Shown: positions 47,240-61,696 of the stretch, piece by piece
How positions within the stretch are numbered: the first letter of the stretch is position 1
Layout: every line of letters starts with the position of its first letter
From: Podarcis muralis
Taxonomy: Eukaryota
DNA length: 64,000 bases
Direction of reading: 5' to 3'
Assembly (NCBI RefSeq): GCF_964188315.1
Contig: NC_135663.1
Span: 41,416,001 to 41,480,000, forward strand
Translations under genes and position numbers: made by a program
Notes under the pieces: model-generated
The model's database searches: none
What the model was told of the DNA's origin: nothing
Seen by the model: only the letters and a program-made list of their open reading frames with translations

Positions 47240-48459
47240 ATGATATCTGTTGAGACCAATATACCTTTAATCTCTGGAAAAGCCTTCCTAGAGAAGTTTG
47301 CCTAGAACCATATTTATGATCTTTTTTGCCCCCAGGTGAAGCCTTATAATTCACCAACACCTTAAAAACTCCTGGGCTTTTCATTCTATGGCTTGTGTTT
47401 TGTTATATATCTGCCAGAAATAACATTTGTTATGCTTTTTTATTGTTCTATATTGTATTTTGGTCTTTAAATTTCTACAAGGCAATCAGACAACATACGT
47501 TTGGGGGGAAGTTTTCATGCAAACACTGTCAATAAATGCAAAGTCAAGTGAAAAATAGCGATAATCTAGGACTAGTCTGATCACATCCATGTTTTCTCAG
47601 GCATTTTACTGTTCTCAATGGGGCTTACTCCTAGATAAATGTGCATAAGATTGCAACATATTTATTTTGCTTATTACATACAGTTTCCTCTTATTTTCAT
47701 CACACAGTTCACTCTTACCAAAGCTGGGTTATAAAACAAACTATTGTACAACTTTGGCAAATATACTCAATAGACTGACACATAATGATAAATGGTATGT
47801 CAGTAAACAATTAGACTTAATGGCACTCTGAGGCTTTGAAGGAAAAACATAATTCCATTACATGCAATTAATCCCTGCAAAAATGCCAACACATACATTT
47901 CTCATGTATTTAGCATTAGTAAAAGCTGTTTTGATGAGTGAGCAGAATTGGTCTATATATTTTGTTGAGCAATTATATGGAAATACCAGCAGTAAGAGAG
48001 ACAATATTCTCAGTAATAGAAACCTAGATTGCAATATGCCAACAATTGAAAGCAACCGTGGCTCATGGCTCCTAAAGTTATGAATGATATGCATTCAAGA
48101 TTCCCCATTCCAGTTTCAAAAGGGCTGTTCAAAATCTCTTACTGCCAACAGAAGTAACCATCGGTACAGGCATGGTTCTGGATCACAAGAACTGCTACTT
48201 CTACCATTAGAGCCTGACATCCATTTTTGCCTGGTCAATGGCAGCTTGATTTCTGTACTTCCAGCTCCAACTCAAGCCCAACTAAAGGACAATTCTCAAT
48301 CCCCAGCTCCAGGTTGAAGAATACACATGCCATGTCTGAATTCTGGGAGGATTCACCTACACTAAGCCTCGGGGAAAATCCAGTGTTTCTGCTTTCAGGA
48401 TTCTTAAATATAGAATATTGCTTTGTAAGGATTTTCACATAACTCTATGAAGATATTAA

Positions 48460-48810
48460 GGGACACGGGTGGCGCTGTGGGTTAAACCACAGAGCCTAGG
48501 ACTTGCCGATCAGAAGGTCGGTGGTTCGGATCCCCGCAACGGGGTGAGCTCCCGTTGCTCGGTCCCTGCTCCTGCCAACCTAGCAGTTCAAAAGCACGTC
48601 AAAGTGCAAGTAGATAAATAGGTACCGCTCCAGCAGGAAGGTAAATGGCGTTTCTGTGTGCTGCTCTGGTTCGCCAGAAGCAGCTTAGTCATGCTGGCCA
48701 CATGAACCAGAAGCTGTACGCCGGCTCCCTCGGCCAATAAAGAGAGATGAGCACCGCAACCCCAGAGTCGGTCACGACTGGACCTAATGGTCAGGGGTCC
48801 CTTTACCTTT
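48460..48810 (+). mobile_element. Sauria SINE, full length, antisense in PDGFC intron 3
   Basis: Podarcis-type consensus. TSD TATGAAGATATT at 48446-48457 and 48810-48821. Confidence 0.95.
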
Positions 48811-50004
48811 ATGAAGATATTGAATATTTGTTTACACACAAACATGCATGCCTTATGTGGGCACCCCTACATTTCAATGATCCAGCCTTGCCCAGGAAGG
48901 AGACCGATTTCTTTCTTTAAGTTTCACTTTACAGTTTGGGAAATATCTGATCACAATTCTCAGTTACTGTCATTACTGAAAAGACAGGTAGTGGAGGTCA
49001 TAGTGAGAAGAAGCTCACTGGATGAGTCAATTCAGTATGTTGTGGGGGCAAAAGAGGCAAAGCCTGTGATAGAAAAGGCTACAGGAGAGCAACTGAAAAT
49101 AAAGAAGTAGTCAACAGGGCATCCTGATTTTTGCCAATTAGGGCAGGATGCAATAAAAATATATACCCAGAAATCTATTTACATTCATTTAAAACATCTT
49201 TAAATACTAGATAGTTCCGAATATTTTATCTCTGCCATAGTACTGTATGGGAATAGGAGAGCAAACTATAACTATAAATACTTTAGGTCTGCCGCTGCCT
49301 TATAGTGAAGCCAAAAATGACAATTAGTATTGGATCAAGTGGAATTTCCTGTTCTGCTATTTATACGGCATTTTCCTGCACACATTTGAAGCTATCAAAA
49401 TATAGTTGGCTTCAATGCAGAGAAAACCTTTTCCTGCAAGACCTTTGTGCTTTCATTGAGGGCAATAAAAACTATGCTCTGAAAACCTAAACGGAGCAAA
49501 AATATTAAAATAAAGATTGTCTTGATGATTTGTACAGGAAAACCCTTCAGAGCAAATAAAGATTCTGCCATTAGCAGCTTTTAATGAAACAGTCAAAGGA
49601 CAAGGACATAATTCATTACTCCACCAATTCTGTAAGTCATATTGAAGACACCACCACTATGCTGGAAGACATTATTAGGACAAGGCAACTATGTATCTTG
49701 GAAACTTAGTTTTTTATTTCAAAGAGATGCAAGGATGATAATATTCCTGTATTGCAGGAGCCTGGACTCAATGACCCCCATAGTCCCATCCAACTCTACA
49801 ATTCTACGATTCAATGACTAGTTTTGTAACACCTCTACAACCCACTCCTCTGCCTTCATTGCATACTCAAGTAGCTGTCTAGCTGAACTTTTTGTATTGC
49901 TCAGGTTTTAACATCTAGTCCCTGAGACTCATTTACAAGGCACTTTGAGGGTAAAGTTGCTTGCCTCCCTAACAATCTTGTTGCCATATTTACATTCACC
50001 GCAG

Positions 50005-50600
50005 TCTCCAGTGAGGACTAGCACAGCATCACATTGGAGTAGATCAATGTACTCCATTGTGGGGCTGCCCTCAAGGTTGGCCTAGAAGCTGCAGCTAGTG
50101 CAAAATACAGTGGCATAACTGCTCACTGGGACAGACTATTGCCCCTATGTTATGTGACTGCTGAAAGAAGTGCATTGGCTGCCAACTAGCTGCTGAGTTA
50201 AGTTCAAGGTGTAGGTGCACAAAGCCCTACAAAGCTTGGGACTAGGGTAGCTAAAAGATGGTCTTGCCCCATATACACCCAGCTGATCACTATACTCTGC
50301 AGGAGTCAGCCTTCTACAGATGACATCTCAACAGTAGGTCAGCTCCTTATGATATATGAGCTGAGCCTTTATTGTGGCAGCACCTGCTCTTTGGAACTCC
50401 TTGCTATATATCAAACAGGAGGTGTCTCTATTGCTTTTTGGTACCTAATGAAGACCCTCCTAGTTCAACAAGTCTTAAGTGGAGATCTTTATTTCAGCCT
50501 GTATCTGTACTGGATTTCATTTCATTTATTTTTACATATGATTTTTAAAAAGGTTTTATGCTTGATATTTTTACTGTGAAATCATGCCAATATATTTTAT
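50005..50600 (+). mobile_element. Old L2 LINE 3' fragment
   Basis: TGTGGGGCTGCCC...AAGCTGCAGCTAGTGCAAAATACAG...TGCATTGGCTGCCAA...TTCAAGGTG...AAAGCCCTA (GLP/KLQLVQN/HWLP/FKAL motifs) followed by an L2-type 3' UTR. Confidence 0.75.
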
Positions 50601-53039
50601 CTGCAGCAAATAATAAATGAATGTAATATATTTATAATGGTAAAAATTAGCTTTTCAATCTGGAAAGAACCACTCAGTAGCATACCTAGATGTTGGCAAA
50701 GTGTGTACGAAAAGAGTTTCTCAGCATATAATCCTGCAAGCTGAGAATTTGATCTATGTGATCCCGGCTGCTATCCTCACCTGGAAGCAAGTCCCATTGA
50801 ATTCAATGAAGCTCACTTCTCAATAGACATGTATTTAATTTCTCTGTAAGGTGGTAATATGTAGTTCTGAAACTGACACACAAACTAGTGTAAAAAAGAT
50901 ACAATAGGAAGCAGTGCTGCCTAAAGTCAAATTTCAGTGGCTTCATTGAAAAGAGATTGATGTGATCATGGCCAAAAATAAACTTGAAGAAATATGTCAG
51001 GGTTGTAGGACTGAATTAACAAAGATGCTTCCTGCCATTTTTCATTTAAGCTTTTTATCACCAAGAAGTTCTTCAACAGTAAATTGCAAAAATTAATTAC
51101 TTAATAAATATATCTTTATTCCTCAATGAAAGAGCCCAATTTTCTATTTGCAGCTAATAATATCTGAATTATTACTGCTTTCAAAACAGTTTTGCTTATC
51201 TTCTGGTAAGTACGTGGCCATATATTAGCTATTTTCTTGCCAATATAAATTCAAATATTTCTCATTTACAGTGAGTCGTTCTTTCCCGCTCCAGACGTAC
51301 ACATACTCTTCTCAGAGAATGTAAGTTTACCTTGTGTGTCCTAGCAACACATGCAAAATATTTTAGTCTCTGAACTTCAAAAAGAAAAAAAAGCCTCAGC
51401 TTTCCTGAGCCAAATATATACAGCAAGTTAAAAACTGATAAGATGACTTTTCACCCAGCACATAACTCCAGCATGGTTAGTTAGGAATGTTTATTGCGCT
51501 TACTGTACTTTTATACAGTAAGAAATATTAATTCAGCATGGCGAGGGGGGGAGTGTCTTCCAAGTTCATCTTAATGAAATATATCTATATTCCTATTTAG
51601 CTATACCAAAGCTTTATGCATTAATCTGAATGTTAAATATTTTAAGAAGATGGAGAACTGGCATTTCTGGCAGGAACAACATTGCTGGACACACTAATGC
51701 CCTGGAATAATTTATTTAACATGGGGTTTTTTTTATACTCACAACTAACTAAAACATTTCATTTAGAAAAGCTTGCAATAAGGAGTTGCTTTATGCTATT
51801 CCTTTTAAGTAAGAGTGATGGAAGGAGGGAAGACTGGATATATGTTGTGCTTTTATAATGGAATATGGAGGATCTTTACAGAAAATGCACACTTATTCTA
51901 AGTAACAAAGTGAAAGGATAACCTAGAAATAAAATCTGTGACAAGATTGAAACTGCAGGAATTCGATGCTTATAAAATGTATCCTAACAAGCCTTGGCAC
52001 TGTCAAGTACAGTTCACTCAAAGTTCTAAAGAGGTTCCAGTAAATTGTGATCTCATATCTTAAACCAAGCCAGATACCCTCATTTTCATTAGAAATCATT
52101 ATATATCTATGCATACAAGAATTAACATGCAATTTGAGCCCAAAATTCTTATTTCACTTGGGGAGGGGATAAACAGGCTGTTATAGCCATGTAAATCACA
52201 TCCTATTAAGATGGTGGCGTTAACCTCATAAATAGATTTTAAACAAATTCTGGACTGGTGTCTAAGCAGAAAGCTCCAGCTGTCTATGCTCAGGCAATGA
52301 AACATATCTAGACAATCACCTCTTAATCCAAACCCATGCAGGAGAATTTTGTTACCAATGTTGTTGGTAAGAAGGCTAACAACCACCAAGGAACTAAGGA
52401 ATACTAAAATTAAGTACTTTCTTGAAGTATCTGTAAAGTATCTATTTGCTGAAATAAGAATAATTATAAAGAAGCAAAGTATGGATGGAATAAAAAACAG
52501 GATTAATGCCAAATCATCAGGATAAAAATGTGCAGCAACTGCACTCAGGAAACATGCCATTTATACACACACATCTCAGGCCCAGAACATATCTTTAGAT
52601 ACCAACCCCATCTCTATTATCATTAACACGTAAATTCTTTCCCCAACATAAACAAGCCATTCAATGCTTCCCTCTCACTTTCCTAGCAGAAAACAAAACT
52701 TTTTTTCCCCCTTTCACAGCTGCCCCTCCTTCTTGCTATAGCAAAAGTTCTCCATCCCAAACATTTCCTAGACTTAATTTATGCTAAGGCTCAATAAACC
52801 TCAGCTCAGAAATCTGTTTTCAACATCAGCGCTGAGTTCTGGAATGGGGGGGGCAGTACTTATGAGCATGTGCAAAGTGCTTTCCACTTTCCTCCAAACT
52901 ACTGTCTATTGACCCACTTGGCATTTAATAGTCGGTTGTCGTCAAGCTTGTTCTTAGCAGCGGTTTTCATGAAAAGGGGCTGAAGCCACAATAATTCTCC
53001 TCAATAATGTAGCACACACTTCAACATCCCGATTCATAA

Positions 53040-53350
53040 AATAAAGATGCATTTTCTCTCTTTTTAAACATATTTTATTAACATAGTGGAAGGAAGAACT
53101 TTCATTTTAAAATGTTCATCGACTATTAAATTAAGAGAGGTCAAGCAAGGACTTCCCTTTTCTAGACTCCTTTTCCTTCTGTGTACCAGCCCTATAAGTT
53201 TCTGCTGCAACTTCCTTCCTTCCCTTTAACCAATTAACAAATCAGTTATCTCTTATCACCTGCCTCTTCCTTGGGTACCTCCCTTTTTTTAACAAACTTT
53301 GTAAATTTTGAAGAAATAAAGACAATTAGCCAATACTCAATGCACCCATT
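53040..53350 (-). mobile_element. Possible L1-type 3' end remnant
   Basis: T-rich tail and purine-rich 3' UTR-like composition resembling the fragment at 59.6 kb; no clean peptide motif. Confidence 0.35.
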
Positions 53351-56300
53351 TTGCATTAAGTACTTTGGGAAGCTTTGGAATGAAAAGTTCAAAGAAGGAG
53401 AATTTGACATTTGCTTTTAAAATAACACATTTTATACCAGTCTCAGGGAAGTATATTAAGAATGCAGAGGTTTGTACAGAACTTTTTGTAGACAGTGCCT
53501 TCATGACGCTAATTCCTGGGCTACAGCTTTAGCTAACATAGGTATGTATTGTGAAATCCACTTCACAGAACTGTATCAGGGAGCAGGCGACAAATAGTTT
53601 ATGAACTGTATGTGATCTTTGGTGTACTTTCTAGAACTACTGAGATTCTTGAAATAACACTTTTATTTGTTTTTGTTTTTTAAATAATGATTGGTTTTCA
53701 AGTACTGTATTGTGTGTTACTGTTGCTTTAGGAATGGAATATGTTTGTTGGAAATAACCCTGAGGTAACTCTGTGTGATGAATGGTGGTCTGCCCAGGAT
53801 AAAAGGTATATATTTACTTGGTGGTAGAAGTTAGTCAAAGGGAATTCCATAGCCAGTGGAACTCTCTTCAAGACTTTCATTTCCAGGACAGATAACCATA
53901 TATATGCCTATTGTACATAACATATGAAAGGAAGAACAGCCTCCTTTTGTTTCAACATCTGCTACTGTGCATTGAGGTTTCACCAAAATGGTTCATAGCT
54001 ACTGTTAGATCTATCTTCCACAAGTTTGCCTGCTGTTTCCCCCCAAAAAACAATCTAAATTACAGTGAATTCCATGTATTATATTATCCCTCTCTCCTCC
54101 TCCTACCAACTCCATTGACTGATCACAAGTTCCTAGAGTTACGTATGATTTAGGAGCATTTCTCTGTATCCACTCTTTCAATTATCCACTATTAATTTGT
54201 CTAATATTTTTTCAGAGCCACATTTGGAACTGAAATCAGAGCAGGCAGTGGAAATTAATTCTGTAAGTTAATTCTTCACTCAAGTCTCTCTTTTTGCCTC
54301 CCTTGAACCTACTACTAATACATTACATGGATAACCTGGATTTCTAGTATCATAAAAAGCATATATGTAAATCATATGTAATCAAAACATTTAGCTATCT
54401 CCTGTGCCAACTTGCTTCATTTCACACTTATTTTGAACTTTAGCTGCTATTTTTGTTGGCCATATATTTTTGGAGCTCAACAAAGTCTATTAGAAGTTTA
54501 CAGTCTTGAGTTATATTGTCTTCTGTAAAGATCCTTTATATAGGAGTAATAAATATTAACACTTTTATTCACAAATTTTTGAAATAGGCGATTTCTTCCT
54601 TTTTGCTAATCTAAACTAGCAAATCTTGTACTAACAAAATTGAAAGACTAACTGGAACACAATAAAAAACCCAGCTCAGAATTAATGTTCTGCATGATGT
54701 AACATAGTGCAGATTAACACTAATATTCAGGAAACATAAAGGACTTCAGATCAGCCACTGTGTAAAAGGAGGAGAAAAGGTGCAAAGCCCAAGTCTCCTA
54801 CCCTTCTCCAGCTATCTTTACAGCATGAAAGGACAAGAAGTTTAAAAGGATCTGGGGACTACTGAAAAAGTTTGAAAGGAAACACACGAAGGACTTTGTT
54901 TAAAAGATTAATTTGAATGTCATTGTGTTTGCCTTCCTAGGCGGGAAAAGAAAAACGATTTATGAAGTCTTGAGCAATAAGGGTCTGGGTCATGACATAT
55001 TTTCATTCAGAAATTATTCTTCATCGTCGTTCATAGAATACTTTTTCTGTTTCTTCCCCCCACCCCCCGTTTGGCTGTAAAAGCCAAATGCTTCTAGTGG
55101 TTTGGCATTTAAATCTAAGTATAGTAGTACACCCCTAGTGATATGGCTTCCTATGGTCTACTTCCATGCAACCCAGTATGCGTCTCTCTCCTACACTGAG
55201 GCTGGTTAAAACACTGCTTCTAAAAACATACATGTATTTTTAAGATAGTTTAAAACAGTTTTGGATCCTCAGTAGATTAGATGTGTTAATTCACATTTGG
55301 GTGTGATTGTCCATTGGTCCTTCACTGTCTCACACATCCCTGCTTACACATATACTATAATTATGGATATGCAGTACTCACACGTATTTCACATACCACA
55401 GTTGGCCAACACAGCAAAACTGTTACCTACTCCCTTCTCTACTGAATCACTCTCCACTGCACATGGTCACATTTGTTCCCTAGGCTTCTCACAGTTGTTT
55501 TTTGAGGTTCTGAGAAGCTCAAATGTTTGTTTCTCCCTACATATTCTCAGACTGGTAGCTGTACTGCTACCCCTGGCAGGAAAAAAAAATGCTTCATCAA
55601 GGCCTAGAAAATGCCTGCCTCCACATACCCCTGTATTGTCCCAATAGAAGTTGCTTGTTCTTGGGGCAAAGGAAGGCAGTAGGAGACTCTTTGGATTTTT
55701 GAAAGCATCTGTATCTAACCACTATTGGGACAGGCCTTGCATGGCATTTGAGCCAAAGTTCTCATGACCTAAGTGAGAATGAGACCCCTAAACCAACAAG
55801 TCAGTTGGTTTTATAGACTATTTACTATATACTGCTCTGAGGTTTTAATGAACTATCCCTGCTGGTTCTTATTTTTGCCAATAGAGTTGAACAGTGATTG
55901 GCCTGGAATAGAAACGAATTATTACCACATATTTTCTGAACAAACTTAGCATTATTATGACCAAAATGAGAAACAAATAACCTGGGTGAGGGCTTAAAAA
56001 CCCCCTCAAAAACAAATGGCAATTGTGTTACAAAATTAACTGATCTACTTCTGGTTATCCTTCTGTCTCAGCTTTCAAGTTAAAACTTTTTTTTTCACCA
56101 CAAAAATACTTATACATTCAGTATACCCACAGATTTATTCCTAATGACCTTTAAGGCATATGCTCCAAGAGAGTTGGAGACTTTAATGCTAGTGCCATTT
56201 CCCCCCATTCAGGTCATAACATGTTCTGTAATGTGTAAAATTTTATAAAGCAATGAGTCGCCTAGTAAAACTTTCTCCTTCACTGAATACCTCAAGGCAT

Positions 56301-56814
56301 ACTCCTTCTCTCATCAGTCCCAATATCTGGTCTTGTGTTAGTTGAACCCATTTATTTCTTTAAGGTATTTTTTCTTTTTAATTCTATGCAAACCACCTAC
56401 TGAATTTTTTTTATTAAAGGGGCTTATAAAAGTATTTTAAATAAATAAGTATTTCAACTTCAGAAGTGCCTTAAAGACTTTAAAAAATAAGTGTATAATT
56501 AAATTAATCATAAAATGAATGGTCCAGCAGTATATACAGAACTTGATCAAGGTCAAGAAGTTAAAAAGTAAATGTACATAAAATAAAATAAAATTATAAA
56601 ACTCACACAAAATACACTGAGAAACTGAGCAACTTTACTTGCAACACTAAAGATACAACAATATATTGCAGTCCCAGGCCAAGGGAAGAAATAAGAGACA
56701 GGACATCAGTATTGGATGAAATAGGTCACAACTATTATTGATTACAGATTTAAGTAGGCTTTGGCAAAGACACTAGGAATGTATGTGGCATCAATGTATC
56801 TGGCTGGTTGATAA

Positions 56815-57055
56815 AAAAAAGGCTGGGTCAACCCTGGACTGACACTTGCTCTATGACATACATCAATGGGGCAATCCCATCAGGATCCCATTTGGAAGGA
56901 TACTATGGCCCATCAGTCCTCATGTGGACTCCTAGAAAGAGACACCCCTTTCCGGGCCCCTTTAGTGGGGTACCCAACAGGCTAAGGATCCAACTCAATT
57001 CTTTATCCCCGCCAAGTTGTGACAATTGCTATGAGGTGGGCTAAGACTGGCTAAT
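56815..57055 (-). mobile_element. Fragment related to the middle of the 9.5-10.3 kb LTR-like element
   Basis: Minus strand TAGCAATTGTCACAACTTGGCGG...GTACCCC...GGAAAGGGG...GGAGTCC parallels TAGCAAATCGTCACAACTTG..TGGCGG...TACCCC...GGAAAAAGGG...GGAATCC at 9825-9945. Confidence 0.45.
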
Positions 57056-59609
57056 TTTTGATCTTGTTGATCACAGCAGGTAGCACAAAAGCTCAGTAGA
57101 GTTAATATTATCTAGAGAAGTAGTTACTAACCTGCGGCCTTCCAGGTATTGTTGGGCTCCAAATTCCACCAGCCCCCTACCATGCTACCATGGCCAGTGG
57201 TATAGCATTATGGCAGATGTAACCCAGGAACAGCTGCTGGGGGCACAGGTTAGCCACCCTCTTTTTTCTAGGAAGAAAACAATTTTGTTACTACAACTTT
57301 TACAAATACCTCTCAATATATTGTAGTAACACAATTGTTTTCTTCCTAAAAAAACAACAGATTTTCATGCCAACAAAGTACTACATTTCAAAAATGGATT
57401 GTGTAAATTAAGCAATTAAAATAATTTCTACTGATTCATATTTCATGTAGAATAATCAGGGAATTACTGAACCAAACAGAAGAGACATTCTTGGCTGAAA
57501 CATCTCCTTGGAGTTTAAACCCTCCCCCCCCCCAAAACACCCTAGTATTCCATAAGAAGATATCTCTATAGCATGTTATAAAAACTTGTTATGAAATATT
57601 AATCTATTTTCATAGACAAGTCTGCTAGAGCTTCGTAAAAAATATCTGTGTTCAGAGCCATTTTAACAAATATTGAACATGTTCTATTATGCTTACATCC
57701 CTGCTCTCAGAGGAATGAACACATAACTCTAAAGTACATCAGGGATGCTTTTTAAAATTCCTGGTAGCCCATCCCCCAATTTTCATTGGGATTATAGTAG
57801 TGAGGGATGGTTTAATGCTTTGCTTGTGAACCATAATCCCAACAAATTTATTCCTTCCTTGTTTATTATTAGTCATGGAAAGGGATGCTCCCTTTGGCAC
57901 TAATTAGAGCTTTTGCCCTTGGGTAATAGCCGTGTGTGTGTGAATTGGACTAGAAATATTATATAATATCAGACTGATACATCTAATCAACTTTTTTAAA
58001 AACATGAGGAAAATGCATATACCATGTCTGTGTTTATTGGACTTGGCAAATCACATGAATTCACAATGGCATATGGCATATAAACTGATAAAAATGCAAA
58101 ACTGATAAAAATGCAAATAAAAGTTGTTTAATGAAGAAGTGTATATCTTTAAGGCAAATATTTTCTTTTTAGAAAGAAGACAGTTCCACTGCCTTAAGTT
58201 CTAGTAGTAAGGAGTGACTAATTAGCTTTATACTGAATATCTGCATTAAACTACAGCTCCAGTTGCCTCAGGCTGAGAAATGTTTCTTAAGCCAATAATA
58301 ACAACCCAGCGCAAATTGCTATCTTTCTAAGTGAATGTCTGGTACATATACAAAGCTCAAAACATTTCAGAAAATACATTTCAAACTAGGGTGGTCATTC
58401 AGGAGCTTCTTGGATTTCCATCTTCCATCTCAGCTTCCATGCAAGAGGGGTAAAGTGAGTTTCTTGTAAAGAAAATTTGGCATGATCTTGAATGACAAAT
58501 GACATACTACCAGGTGCCAAGATAGACTGGGGAGGGGGATCTAGCCACCCCCCAACTTCAGCTTCAACTGGAGCTGCTTTGTTCTCAGTGCCCCGAATAA
58601 TTAATAACTCCTTTGGCAATCAGTCATGCATTCCTTAATGGCACTTCAGGCATCAAGTGTCCCATTCACCCGCTCCCCCCACCCAAGTAACAATAGACTT
58701 TACTACACTGGGTGTTCTATGCCAAGCTTGTAACTGACATAATTTAAACTAAACAAGTCGCTAGAAGGAATATTACCCAGACCCAAATTGGAATTTTTTA
58801 TCACGTCTGTTTACATAGCATACTGTTGCTATGTAAATCATATCAGTATCGAAGAGACTTGGGCTAGACTTTCTTAACGTAATTTTTTGGCAAGTCCCTT
58901 CCTTCCTTGCATACCGAGGGAACCTATGTACACTAATGCTATTATGTACCCCAAGACTTAAAATGATTGCGTGGATCCAAAGATGGGTAATATGTCACCA
59001 TATTTTTTGTCAGTATATAAAATACTGTTTCCAAAGACCTTTATATTCGAAGTGATGTTTTCGGGAATGCATTACCAATGAAATGCTAGGATGAGCTTGT
59101 GGTAGAAAATAAAACGTTTCTATTTCTCATTTATTCACAATATTATTATGAATGTCAATATTCTTAGATCAGGTGGGTTTCCTTATAAGTGTAAATGCTT
59201 AGAGGAGAAAGCAATGAAATATTGTTGCAAAATAATGACCAAAATTTAGTGACCTCTGCTCTGCTCATTTTCCTTCTGTCTGCACTAAGTTGGCTGATTT
59301 AGCAATTATCCTTCAGATGCTTAATGGACTTAGAGGTTGTTCTTCAAGAACAGTTTACTAAAATTAAAAATATTGTAGTAGATACTTTTCTTTTTTTAAA
59401 AAAACCCACACTTTCCAGTTCTGAAAGTGGTGGAAGATGTTCTTTTCACTGTGTGTGGTCTCCAATAACAAATAAAAATGCACACTGTTCAATTTCATTT
59501 TTCTTAGTTTGTCTTTAGTCTATTTTCTCTCAATCTATTCTGTCTTTTCATCTTCAAGAATTTAAGCAGGAAGTGATGTTTTACCAGTTAGGGACAATTC
59601 ATTAAAATG

Positions 59610-60245
59610 TGTTTCTTTTTTAAAAAAAATATGTTATTGACTTCAGTTTAACATTTCAAAATAAACATTTTACATAATATCATATAATCAATGACTTCCC
59701 TCATTCCCCTTCCATGGTTCATTTTGTTTGTCTATTACACCTGCATATTTTAATATGACAATTTTAGTCAGTTCTCCAATCATACAACACTCAAATATTA
59801 ATTACACAGTAGGATTTATCTTAATGCTGCCAGCATTTTCAACGGTGTACAGTTATTTTCCACATACTCAACAAAAGATTCCCACTCCTCTTTAAATACA
59901 TGTTCTTCTTGCTCTCTTATTCTCTACATTAGACCTGCTAGTTCCGTATATTCTATCATCTTAAGTGGCCAGTCCTCCTTACAAGGGACCTCCCTCACTT
60001 CCCATTTTTGGGCTAACAAAACTAGTGCCACTATTGTTGCATACATAAATAAGTTTTTCTAACACCTGGGAACTTCTGCCTGAACTAATCCTAACAATAA
60101 TGCCTCTGGCCTTTTTGGGAAAGTTATATTAAACATTTTTTTCATCTCATCATAAATCATTTCCCAATACTCTTTAACCTTTTTATATGACCAACACAAA
60201 ATATGTTTCAAACACTTTATAATGAGGTGAAGAAAATGTTGAAGA
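59610..60245 (-). mobile_element. L1 LINE 3' fragment (ORF2 C-terminus and 3' UTR)
   Basis: HILCWSYKKVKEYWEMIYDEMKKMFNITFPKRPEALLLG, continuing LFMYA..LAQKW..EDW..MIEY, homologous to the L1 C-terminus at 13.9-14.3 kb. Confidence 0.8.
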
Positions 60246-60625
60246 TTCATTTTGTGAGAAAACCAGAAACTTTTCTTTTAGGTATAATGGGTAGGGATGT
60301 ACCTACTGAACGGGGGGGGGGGGGGAGGGATTGTTTATGTATCCTACCACAGCTGCTTGAATGATTTCTGCCCAAAGATGGAAGGAAGAAACAGTTCCGA
60401 TTAAGGAAGATTGGCAGCTAATGGAATATGCAGAAATGGCAAAACTCATCAGAAGAATAAGAAATCAAGAAGAAAGACTTTTAAAAATAGAACGGGGAAA
60501 GTTTATTTATTATTTAAGGACATTTTGTAAACAAATTAAAACATTAGCAGGATTGATATAATCATTAAATTTGAAATGATTTTCTTCTTTTTGTCTAAAA
60601 TGTTTGTAAAAATTGAAAATGAAAA
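60246..60625 (+). mobile_element. L1 LINE 3' fragment, different subfamily, head-to-head with the previous one
   Basis: RKPETF..LG (frameshifted), LFMY, MISAQRWKEETVPIKEDWQLMEYAEMAKLIRRIRNQEE..TLAGLI*. Confidence 0.78.
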
Positions 60626-61358
60626 AATGTTTCAAACACACTTCAGCTCTCTTTCATCATAATTCTGTGGTTCCTGTGTGGGATGCATATCCCAGAAGCC
60701 ATAGGAGCCATCAGAACCTCCTCTCAGAGAGAGAGGGGTGTGCCCTCTGAAACGGAGATCCAGTGTAAGATGCCTGCCATGTGAAGCTATAGAAAGGTCC
60801 ACCACCAGTTCCCCTCTACTGTTGGAGGTCTGACTCTGACTTTGGACAGGGTGGAGAGAACAAAGAGGGTGCGTTCCAGAGCCATGCCTAGAGAAAGATT
60901 CATAGCTCTCCCTGGAATGGGGAGCATAGAATGCGAGGCTGGAGATACTGTAGTTTACACCCTTTCAGTGAAACTGGCTCTCAAAAAAATAAAAACCTAG
61001 ACTGCAGAGCATCACACACACACAACCTAATTTTTTGCTCTGCTAACGTGAGTCTAGCAGGGGATAGGAAAAGGTTTGCCTGCCATTCATTTTCCCTCCT
61101 CCTGTCATTTTTGACTGCTCTGCTCTTAACAATTTTATCTTTACAGCAGTTCTCAAATGTTGTTGTTTTTTCCATTCAAGTCCCTCCTTGTAAACTTACT
61201 CCAGCTTCTGCCCCATTCCTGAGGCAGAAGCACTTCTAAGCGGATTACAAGAAACATTATACAGCATATAACGTATTGTTACACTTTTTATTATTTTTCT
61301 TTATCATTACATCTTGGAAGTCTAAGAGCTAGAAATACAAGAGGGCAGAAATACTTAC

Positions 61359-61539
61359 TGGTACGAGGAGAGTATAATGGATACAGAATCCAGGTTCAGA
61401 AGGAAAATATTCATCAGAAACGAATCGAATTCTGATCTGGTTTCCTTTGGAAATCTGTTTTCCTGGAACGGTAGTGGAGCCACACCACCGTCCTAAAATA
61501 GTGCCATCGCTGGGCTCTTCAACTTCTACAAAGTCATAT
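61359..61539 (-). CDS. PDGFC: PDGF-C exon 3 (second half of CUB domain)
   Basis: TTGTAG|ATATGAC acceptor and CCA|GTAAGT donor; 181 nt; YDFVEVEEPSDGTILGRWCGSTTVPGKQISKGNQIRIRFVSDEYFPSEPGFCIHYTLLVP. Confidence 0.98.
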
Positions 61540-61696
61540 CTACAACGAAAAAATAGACACTGTTCACTTGGTGATTTACTTTCTATAGAATCTTTATACA
61601 ACAGAATTATATAAGAAGAAATACATAAGCTAACAATAAAACACACTACTCCCTTTTCCTGGGAAAGTTGGATCTTATCTCACCAGAGTCATACAG

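Noticed and set aside
52099-52560. 153-aa hydrophobic ORF in PDGFC intron 3
   Set aside because: AT-rich intronic sequence with no domain motif and no convincing splice or Kozak context.
59610-60625. Twin-priming inversion of a single L1
   Set aside because: Both arms cover the same ORF2 C-terminal region and are clearly diverged from each other. Twin priming yields adjacent, non-overlapping segments of one RNA.
40397-61539. Identity as PDGFD or a VEGF
   Set aside because: YDFVEVEEPSDGTILGRWCGS, EELKRTDTIFWP and the exon sizes match PDGF-C, not PDGF-D or the VEGFs.
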